Part shown: piece after piece, positions 53,830-64,000 of the stretch
Layout of the letters: every line of letters starts with the position of its first letter
Position numbering within the stretch: position 1 is the first letter of the stretch
Assembly (NCBI GenBank): GCA_013265495.1
Contig: MU057999.1
Coordinates: 248,001-312,000 of the forward strand
Direction of reading: 5' to 3'
Length of the DNA stretch: 64,000 nt
Origin: Vicugna vicugna
Taxonomy: Eukaryota
Notes under the pieces: model-generated
What the model saw: the letters and a program-made list of their open reading frames with translations, nothing else
What the model was told of the DNA's origin: nothing
Databases searched by the model: none
Translations under genes and position numbers: made by a program

Positions 53830-54550
53830 AAACACAGATGCAAAAACTAGTGGTTGCAAGGGTGATGAGGAATGGGATTTTTATGCATAATTTCAAATTA
53901 CTTCCCCACAATTACTTGTTCATTGTAAAGGAGAAAACTTTACAATGGAGAAACTTGGTGACTTGAGTGATCACAGTTAACATCAACACCAAGGGAACAA
54001 GCCGACATCACATGCACCTTGGAGGACAGCCCTCCTGTGGTGTTACCACCAAGCAGACACTCCTGAATCTCATCATGAGGAAGCCTCACACAACTCAACA
54101 TGAAGGACAGCCAACTGGCTTTTATGTTTCAAAAATGTCAAGGTCAAGAAACACACAAAAAAAGCTATGGGGAAAAAAAAAGCTACAAAGAAGATGACTG
54201 GAGTAACAGATGAAATTGAGTTCAGTAGATCAGATAACAGTAGTGCATCAATGTTAAGTCTCCCGATTTTGATCACCGTACTTCGGTTAGGTAAAGAATG
54301 CCCCTGTTCTTAGAATATACACACTGATGTATTTGGGAGTAAAGGGACACGATGCTTGCACCTGCACACAGTTCAAGGGGAAAAAGTGTGTACACACAAG
54401 GGTGAGGAGAGAGAATTAGTAACAATGATAAAGTAAGTAAACAGAGCAAACCAGCAACAATGAACGAATCTAGGTAAGAGATATATGAGAATTCTTAGTA
54501 CTGTTCTTGTAAGTTTTCTTTCTATTGAAATTATTTATCAACTTAAAAGT
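53830..54550 (+). mobile_element. Ancient L1 (L1MC/ME-type) 3' UTR
   Basis: gtgatcacagttaacatcaacacc; catcaatgttaagtctcccgattttgatcaccgtac; atatacacactgatgtatttgggagtaaaggg. Confidence 0.65.
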
Positions 54551-56694
54551 CGCACCACCCCCCTCAAATAACAGTAAAATCGCACAATGTTATGTAAGAA
54601 TACTGAAAAATGTGTTAGCCCTGTTTGCTTGAAGAGTTCAAGTGCTTACTCATTCAAACTAACAGATCTCAGATTAAAATGTCTCAGATGAACCTCTTCT
54701 GAATTATCTATACCATTTATGTTAGCACTTCAGCATACCCAAGTTACAGTTTACTAAGTGTTCTTAGTTGTTTCACATGCATTTTCACCTTCTGTTTTTG
54801 CAGATTACACCCTAAAGAGATCTACCCACTCCTAAAAGAACACCCCCATATTTGAACACCCCAAGGCTATAATATTGGACAGCTGAGGTGCTCCAGGCAG
54901 CAAGGTACGTATGCTTTACCCAGGATCCAAGTTAATTCAACTTTAAAATCACAACATTCCTGCAGCTATGTTCTAATGCATGTATGTGTACGTGTGTACA
55001 ATGCTTCTCTAATGTATGTGTGAGTATATATAAAGTGGATATATGCATATTTATCTAATCACTTTTACTTATCTGATTGGCAAACAAATATACTTAAAAT
55101 ATTTAATATTGAAGAAATTGAAGAAATAAGCACCTTATTCACTATGTAAGCAATGTTGGTTCTTTGGTACCATCCTGGGAAAGGGAAGGGAGAGGCAGTT
55201 TGGTAATATCGATCAAAATTTTAAACATGCACACTCTTTAATCCAGCCATTTCACTTCCTGGTGAAAAAGTACCATTCAGCAATAATGCCCAAAAATTTC
55301 TTGAAGATGTTCTTTATGTATGTTTATACACACACATATATACCTATATGCATACACACATATATACAGCTACAAACATAAACATACATACACATTCACA
55401 CACACGTATTTTTTCTGTATCTGCATTCATCAATAACTGAGGTAGACACAGAAACAAAAGACGAGTTACCCATTGTTTTCACCATCCCTTTACCATGGAT
55501 CTTGCCTGCCAAACAGAATGAAGGAACTATTTGTAATAGTGAAAGGAAACGTTCAAAATAGCAAAATGCTATTAAAAATCCACGTGTCAATGAAGCACTT
55601 AACAAATAACCATACATCATACATTCATGCAATATTATATCTGAAAGCCATTAAAGAGACTGAGTTAAATCTGTAAGTAGAAAATTAGAAAGATGCCAAG
55701 ATAGAGTAGTAGGTAAGGGGAAAAATACTGTATAAACATGTGTCATAAAATCCCTTTTTTGTTTAAAAAGGAAAAAGAAATGAGCCTTGAAGTATACCAA
55801 ATTATAAACAATGGTTACTTCTCAGTACAGATCTACAAAGTCTTAATAGTTCTATAATACTTGAATTTTTCCAATAATTATTATTGTTTTCTAAGTAGAT
55901 AAAAAAAGTGGTCAAATTTAAATGATTTGCAAAAAAGAGCAGGACAGACGCCATTTTATAATAACTTAAAAAATAAACTCTACATTAGGTATTCTTTTTT
56001 GTTTTTAGTAACAAAAACTATTTTTATGTCCCAAATAAAACCCTATACAGAAGCCTATACACAACACTGATAAAAAAAACTGAAGCTGCCAGGGGGAGGT
56101 GGGCGCTACACTCAGCCTCTCACTCTTCGACCTAAAAGACATGTTAGAGGGGCCCAGACAGTCAGAGGAAAGGTGAAGAATGCAGTAACAAGTAAACCAG
56201 GCAAGAGGCTCCTTCCGGTTACAGAAGCTGAGCCACAGCACACATGGGAACCTGTGTCTGCTGTCCCTTACTTTCACCGTCTCCCCGTAAGTGACAGAAC
56301 TATATCCATTACCTCAAACATGTTTAAAACACCTATCTTACCAATTCCCCCATCCCCGATTCATGTCGCTTCATCGTAACAACACAGTCATTAGCAGGTC
56401 CTACTGTCCCCTCTTCCAGCTAGGGCAACATACTGGATTGAAAAGCCTGAAAAGATTTAAGTGTTCTGTCATAAGCTTGTCACATAAATAATGGCTACCT
56501 TGATTTTCAAGGATTTGAGAAAGTCTAGAGGAATAGGTTCAAGATTTAAATGTGAAAAGACCCAGTACTGCTATAGCCCTCCACCCACGCACCCTCTTGT
56601 GCAGCTGGCAGTCCACCCCTCAGACAAAGCCCTTGCCTCAGCCTCTGGGCCTGGGAGGTCCTGTCTTGGCATCTTTGGTTGACCATTCTCTTAC

Positions 56695-56816
56695 CTTGGA
56701 CTTTGCATGCCAAGTGAAGTGCAGGAAATTTGTCTCGCTGGGTACTAACAGGTTAAAGGACAGAGCGTAGTGACTAATAAGATCATTTCTCACATAATAA
56801 AGTTCTGCATCAAGAC
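56695..56816 (-). CDS. RYK: RYK exon 2 (WIF domain start)
   Basis: Reads (G)LDAELYYVRNDLISHYALSFNLLVPSETNFLHFTWHAKSK; 122 nt; ctag| acceptor and |gtaag donor. Confidence 0.97.
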
Positions 56817-58794
56817 CTAGGGGAAAAAATAGAGAAAAAAAAGAATTAAAATACCTAAAATACTCTCAAAAGCATTAACCATCAGTATTTCAAATACTGA
56901 TAATAATAATAGGGCAAAAATAACATTGATTTACAAATGTACATCACAAACATATCTCAGAATGTGCTGCCTTACGAAGCAGGAAGGGCACTGGGTTTCA
57001 TCATCGCCAACAAAGATGAAGAAGCTGACTCTCAAAACAATGAAGTGGTTTTCTGGCTAAATACACATGTGCTAGAACCAGAACTCATAGCCACTGGATC
57101 TTCGGAGAACCGGTGGGACACTCTTCCTTTTGGACACAGTCCTTCTCAGAGAAACACCTAGAAACAAAAGCCCCATTACCCTGCAAAACTGATGAGGATT
57201 TAGGAGGAAAGACTGGAAATGGAAGGGAGAAAGGAACTTGAGTGAAAACATCAGTATGAGCCAAGGCCCTAAGACCCCACCAGAGCTGTCCTCTGTTTGC
57301 ATCACCACCGTGTGCCAGCTGCTCCAACAGCATTTTACCAAGGTACACACATACCAGTTACTGCACAAACACATCCTCTTTCCCACCTAGACTACAAGGT
57401 GGAAAACTCCGTAATTCTCATATTCCCTGCAGACAGAAGTAACAGAGATGACAGAAAAACGCTGGAGACTTCAAATTTCACTCATTCCCATACCACTTTC
57501 TCAGCCAAGGTCACATCCAATCTCTAACATATACCATGTTTCTCAGTTATTTGATACCCTTTCATCCTACCTATATTAAACATTTTCTTTAAAATTAATT
57601 AATTTTTAAAATAAAAATTTTAAAGGCAAAATTTAATCACTCTCTTGAGTGGAAAGCAGTAATTATTGTGAAAAAACACAAGGTAACAAAAAAAAAAAAC
57701 CTCAAATAAAAGGAAAACAGAACAATGTTACTAAATGCTAGCTTAACACTGCTGCCCACATCAAGGCAGAGTGAGCCAGAGCCCAGCTCATTGATTACAA
57801 AAGGGAGGAGGTGGATAACAGCAAGCAGAGGGGTAAAGGATCAGAGGTTTTCTCCATGATAATACAAAAGAACTGAAAGAATAAAAGCAGAGAGTAACTG
57901 TCTATCAGTTGATTTACTATTTAAAGTTGTGTCCAGGTGTCCCTCTAGTAATGCATGGGACATATTCCACACTTTGGAGAGAAAAAGGTACAGGGGAGGC
58001 CAATTGGAATGTAAATTTCATATTTACTGAGCCTTATACCATGAATCTGAAACACCCTGCGGTATGCAATGAGGTCAAGGTGGGGATCCCATACCTCCTG
58101 TGATACAGAAACAAATAACTGCTGCAGGCATTTCTCTTGTAAAATTCGTTTTCTCACTTTTGAAATGAATCAAATACAATCAATCATTAATTCAGAAATG
58201 GATTTGAGGCTTACAAAGGGGAAAGTAACGCTGCTTTATTTATCCTATAGAGGATACCAGATGCAATGAGAGAAAGTTAGAGGTGTGTAACAGGCTCTCC
58301 CTGCCGGCAGGACAGAAAATGCTAGCAAACATCTAGGGAGCAAGGACTGGTGGTGTTGGAGGAAGGGGCAGGGGAGGCAGGAAGGGTGGAGAAGGGTAGG
58401 AGGGAAGCGCAAGAAAGCTGGGTACAAAGCAAGCATCGGCAATTTACATAATTTACACAATAACTGTAAATAGCTTAAATTTTGCTTGTTCTTAAAAAAG
58501 TCTGAGTCTTACTCTAGCCTAGATTGATGATGCTGTTCACAAGAGATATACCTAGAACAAATTTTTAAAATATAGGCCAGGTTAAAAAAAAAATGGAAGA
58601 AAAAACAAAGAAGTATGTACGGCAGTACTGACATCAGACAAATTAGAACTCAAGGTAAAAAGATTTTATATTAGTAAATTCATTAATTAATATGAAATAA
58701 TAAGAAAAAGTTCATACTCATAAAAAACATAAGAAAATACCAGTAGTGCAACTGACGTAAGAGTTTCAAATATAGAAAGCAAACACGGACAGGG

Positions 58795-58976
58795 AGTTGG
58801 GAGTTCGAGATTTGCAAATACTAACTACCACATATAAAATAGATAAACAACAAGTTTCTTCTGTAAAGTACGGGAACTATATTCAATATCTTGTAGTAAT
58901 CAACAATGAAAAAATATGAAAATGAATATATGTATGTATATATATGACTGAAACATCATGCTGTACATCAGAAGTT
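58795..58976 (+). mobile_element. Younger L1 3' UTR fragment nested in the old L1
   Basis: Closely similar to 19180-19360 (ggagttcgagatttgc...aaatgaatatatgtatgtata...tgactgaaac). Confidence 0.8.
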
Positions 58977-59180
58977 AAAAATCAAGAAGAAACAAACATC
59001 TACAATCATAGCTGGGAACTAACATCCTTCAGAAAACAAAAGATCAAAACAGATAAATTTTATTACAGACATAGAATTTGAACAATATATTTATGGGACA
59101 TGAAATGAGAGATCATCAAGAATTAGACCATTCACATTTTAAAAAAATGAATTCTAACTTGAAATAATGCAGGCTACCTC

Positions 59181-59903
59181 TGAGACAGGAGGGAAGGGGG
59201 CACGGTATAACCATTAAAAGAATGACACAGCAATTAAGGATATGACCATAACTGGTTAGAACCAACTCAGCCCAAGATGGTGGAGCATCAGACTTCTAGA
59301 GGACCTTGAACCTCATCATATGCTCATTATAATACATGAGCATGCTACATAACACACCCACAGGCACCATGACCTTCTGAGGCTGACCAGAAAAGGACAA
59401 AAAGTGGGTGGTGGTCAAATTCCTGCAGATCTCAACCCCTTCCCCACAAAACAGCTGGACTAATCCTACCACTTGTTAGCATATGAAATTACTGAGCCCA
59501 TTAAAACTAACAACACTGCATCCTGCTGCCTTTCTCTCACTGTCTTCTGAGACAGCCCATACTGTCAATGGAGTGTGTATCTACTTTAAACTAAACACCC
59601 TCACATCCTGCAGCCTCTGGCCTTTGGGATGGCCTGCATTCTGCCTATGGAATGTGTATCTTCTAAGCCTCTTTCACCTTCCTGGATGACCCCATCTCCC
59701 AGAGCTGCCTTTTGCCTTCTGACATGGCCTGCACTCTATAAAGTGTGTATCTCCTTGAGTAAATCTACTTTCACTCTACTATGGCTCGCTCTTGAATTTT
59801 TTTCTGCACAAAATCAAGGATCCTCACTTAGCAGGGTGCATCCCAGGGACTCACCGGAGACCCGGGACACACCCATTCTCTCACGCCCCATTTTCCTGCA
59901 ACA
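59181..59903 (+). mobile_element. ERV-like solo LTR nested in the L1
   Basis: About 720 bp, TG...CA ends (tgagacagg...cctgcaaca), GC shift against the flanking L1, AGTAAA-type signal near 59758 followed by ggctcgctcttgaatt; TSD not clear. Confidence 0.7.
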
Positions 59904-62900
59904 CTTTCTCTAAACAAATAACCACAATAAAGAAATAAAGTATAAGGTGATGATTATTTGAAAAGATTAATGAAACAGTTAAACTCTTTTGCAAGACTAA
60001 AGAAAAAAAGAAAGGAAACACAAATTACCAATATTAGGAATGAAGAGGGAACATTACTACAAATCTTACAGATGTTAAAAAAATAATATGAATAACTTAA
60101 TGACAATAAATTCAATAACTTATAGAAAAATCCTTGAATTTACCAAAACTGACGAGAAGAAATTAAAAATCCAAATAACTAAAACCTTCCCCCAAAGCTC
60201 CAGGTCCAGATGAATTCTATCAAACATTTAAGAACAATATAAAATCAATCTTGCACAAACTCTTTTAGAAAATAATCAACGAAAGAATTTCCTAACTCCT
60301 AAGTTACACTGATATTAAAACCTGATGAAGACATTGTAAGAAAATCACAGACTGACCTCCTTCATGAAATTAGACATAAACGTTCTCCATAAAACATTAA
60401 CAAACTGAGTCCAGTAATGAAGAAAAAAGAATACATCATGACCAAGTGTTTATGAAAGGTAAACTTTTAAAAATCAATATAATTAAACACATTAACAGAA
60501 TAAAAGACAAAAATCCAGATCATCTCAATAGATGCAGAAAAAGCATTTGGTAAAACCCAGAGTCTAATAATGACTCCCCCCTCAAAAAAAACCCCACCAA
60601 AACAATAACAAAAAAAAAAAAAAAAACAAAAAAACACTGTCAGCGAAGTAGGAAGAGAACTTCTCAGTCTGGTACAGAGCATCTACAAAAACGCTACAAC
60701 TAAAACAAACAAACAAAACCCACTACAGCTAACATCATACTGAATGGTGAATTTAAATTCTTATTTCTAAGATCAAAAACAAGGCAAGGATGTCCACTTC
60801 CAAGGTTCTATTCAACCTTGCACTGGAGGCCGTAGTCAGTGTGTAAGACAAGACAAAAAGGATGAAAGTTAGAGAGGATGAACTACAGCTCATTATTCAG
60901 ATGATAGGATTATGTATGTAGAAAACACTATAAAATCTAAAGTACTACTAAAACCAATTCATGAATTTAGCAAAGTCTCAGAATTCAAGGCCAATATTAA
61001 GAAATCAACTGTATTTCTATATATTAACAACAATTAGAAAATAAAATTTAAAACTTAATACCATAACATTAAAAATTGTCAGTATCTAGAAATAATTCTA
61101 ATTAAAGTGAGACCTCTACACTTGAAAACTATATGACACAGTTAAGAAAAATTAAGAGATGACCTACGTAAGTGGAGAGATACCACTCTCTCAGATAAGC
61201 CGCAGCACTATTAAGAAGTTTCTCAAATTGGTCTACAGACTTCAAGTAATCCTAATCAAAATCTTAACAGTTTTGAAGAAACAAATTAATTCTAAAATGA
61301 AATTTAAATGTCAAAACAATCTTGAAAAAAAAAAAGACAATGTTGGCAGACTCATATCACCTATTTCACAACATGATGAAGAGCTAGAGTAATCAAGACA
61401 GTGTGGTATTGGTGTAAGGGTAGACGTATCAATGGAACAGAAGAGAACCTAAAAATAAGCCCACAAATGGAATTTCAACAAAGGTACAATGGCAATTCAA
61501 CTAAAGTGATGCTAAACCAAACGGATAAAGGTACGGGGGAAAAATCTTGAGCTCTATCTTACATATCACACAAAAATGACCCAAGATAGCTTACAGACCT
61601 AAATGGAACGGCTAACACTATAAAGCTTCTAAAAGAAAATGTAAGTGAATATGTTCATAACTTGGGTTAAGCAAAGATTTCTTGGACTGGCCACACAAAC
61701 CATGGACCCAAAAAGAAAAAACTGATAAACTGGTCATCATCAAAATTAGAACTTGTTTCACAAAAGACATTAGGAAAATGAAGTTCAAGTCACAAACTGC
61801 GAAAAAAGATTCACAATAGATCTATCTAAAATGTCTTGTTTCTAGAAGATATGAAGATCTCTTATGTCAAAAGTAAAAGACAGCCCAATTAAATATAACG
61901 GGCAAAAGATATGAACATATATTTCGTAAGAAAAGATGTGTAAATGGACAACAGGCATAAGAAAAGGTGCTAAATATCATTAGTCATCCGCAAAATACAA
62001 ATTAAAACAATGAGATACCATTTCCGCCCACCACATGAATGACTAAATGTTGGCAAGAATGAGGAACAAGTGTAACTCTCATACATTCCTGGGAATATAA
62101 AAATTTGCAACTACCTTGGAAAACTGGAAGTTTCTTATAAAGTTAAGCATATGCCTATTCTATGACTCAGTAATTCCACTCCTAGCTAATTATCCAAAAG
62201 AAATGAAAACATGTGATTTCACAAAAAAAACTTCTACGTGAATGTTGATAGCATTTTTATTCAGAATAGCCAAAACTGGAAACAACAAAAATGTCCATTA
62301 ACAGATGAATGAATAACCAAATGTGGTATATATTCACACAATGGAATACTCTTCAGCAATGAAAATAAACTAACTGTTGAGACTGTAACAAAAGGGACAA
62401 ATCTCACACACCATATGTGTGAAAGAGCCATACACAAAGAGGATACCCTACATAGTTATATTTACATAAAGTTTTAGAGTAGGCAGAATTAACTGATGGT
62501 GATAGAAATCAGATCACTGTGGTTGCCTGGGAAGGAGACTGGGTGGGAGATTGGTGAACTGATTGCAAAGAGAACTTCCTAGGAAGATGGAAATGTTCTG
62601 TATCTAATGGGTGTTGGTTACACAGGTGTATGCATTTTTCAAAACTCAACCAACTGTCCATTTAAAATCTGCACATTTCATTATAGGTAAACTTATTTTT
62701 TTAACGATGGGAAAAATGAGCCAACAATAGTTTTTACAAAGCTTGAATACCATAGACTTACCAGCATCAACATAACAAGTTTTAGAAAAAAATAATTAAT
62801 ATTAAGTGATCACAACTTCCTAATTGAAACTTCAAACTTCTTCCACAGGGAAATAAAGAATTCTGTTTCTACTAATAAATAACAGCTATAATGTTATTAC

Positions 62901-64000
62901 TTGTAATAATAACAATAATGTATAAATATTTAAGTTTTCCAGACAGTTCAAACGTCAAGAACACCCAGGGGTTCTATAAACTCAACTCCCCATAAAGCTC
63001 CTTCCCAGTATCTTGGCTGCCTCATTCACTGGGAATTCTGGAACCAGTTCATAAAATTTCTGTACAACCTTCTCCTGTGACTTATTATGGTAGTCTCCCA
63101 ACATCCTTGAAACCAACCAACTCTCAACCCGTCCTTCAATGTTCCTTTTATTCCTCAACTCCAACAACCTTAATCCATACCAAAGCAACTCATTTCTATG
63201 GACAGTGGCAATATATAAATTGTTCTACCTTCAAAATTTTGAACTGTAGTATCTAAATAGTTAGCTCTTCAGCTCCTTCCCTTTATTGTTACAACAGCTG
63301 TTTTCTGGGCTCATAATATGTAGTGTCCATAATCTTCTTGTTTCTCCCATTCAATTGTAACAATCATTTCCTCATTTTCTTCTTATTGGCCTCAACTCCA
63401 GTTACTGTAATGACTTTCTCACCAGCACCCTCAACTTTCCCCCACAGCCTATGTCAGATATGCATACCCTACCCTTTAAACACCCAATCTTGAAGCGACT
63501 TGGCTCCTCTACTCCCTGTTTTCTCTGGTACTACATCCTGGATAAAGCTATTTCCACAAATGTCACTACAGAGTCAACATCTGAGGAGTGGCCAAGATGG
63601 CAGAATAGAGGGAGCCTAAGCTCACCTCCTTCACAAGCACTCCAAACTCACAACTAACTGCAGAACAACGATTGATGACAGTCACTACAAAACCCTGACT
63701 TCTGTGCTCAACAAATAAATTAATATTCTTAAGCTACTGACACCTTGGAGCCCTATGATCCATATCTATAAACACTTAATGGCCACCAAGATACACTGAA
63801 AATTTGAAATCCACTACCCTAGACTGAGGTACTGAAACTGTAACACAGACGTTAAACAGAGTTGCTATTTCCTGACTAGATTCTGAAACCATTTGTTTTG
63901 AAATACAGCCACTCTTTATTAACTACAGTAGTTATTCCTTGGTTGAAAGGGTCTGAATTTCTTCAAAGAAACTATTAAAATGAAATACAAATTTTCACCT

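Larger units (their letters stand above)
58560..62700 (+). mobile_element. Long degraded old L1 (ORF2 to 3' UTR) with nested insertions
   Basis: A-rich, ordered ORF2 motifs (caaattaccaatattaggaatgaagagg; catctcaatagatgcagaaaaagcatttg; gtaatcaagacagtgtggtattgg; cacacaatggaatactcttcagcaat) followed by a 3' UTR. Confidence 0.88.

Noticed and set aside
47500..58500. Many 60-130 aa ORFs in introns 1-2
   Set aside because: No recognisable domains, many non-ATG starts, overlapping frames and repeat-derived sequence; consistent with chance
1..64000. CRISPR arrays, operons, rRNA genes or CpG-island promoter
   Set aside because: No repeat-spacer arrays or rRNA-like sequence; CpG-depleted mammalian intronic DNA, with the RYK promoter outside the window

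Overview
Eukaryotic (mammalian) genomic DNA. The window lies entirely inside the RYK gene (Wnt-binding receptor tyrosine pseudokinase), transcribed on the minus strand. Twelve coding exons can be read directly (human numbering, exons 2-13). All have AG acceptors and GT donors, and they splice into one uninterrupted 1343-nt frame covering the WIF domain, KRRK site, transmembrane helix, juxtamembrane region and most of the pseudokinase domain. Exon 1 and exons 14-15 fall outside the window. Five tRNA-Ala-derived SINEs of the Vic-1 type point to a camelid source. The introns hold L1 fragments of several ages, MIR/L2 relics, a MaLR LTR, an ERV-like solo LTR and Tigger/hAT MITEs. Almost all ORFs in the supplied track are spurious, repeat-derived or exon-plus-intron read-throughs. 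I found no convincing new multi-gene system. The points most worth checking are a TG/AG tandem splice acceptor at exon 8, a possible intronic polyadenylation isoform after the transmembrane exon, a CTCF site with its upstream motif, inverted L1 pairs, and an L1 5'-end fragment between direct repeats. Repeat boundaries without target-site duplications (TSDs) are approximate, and family names come from recall, not from a database search.
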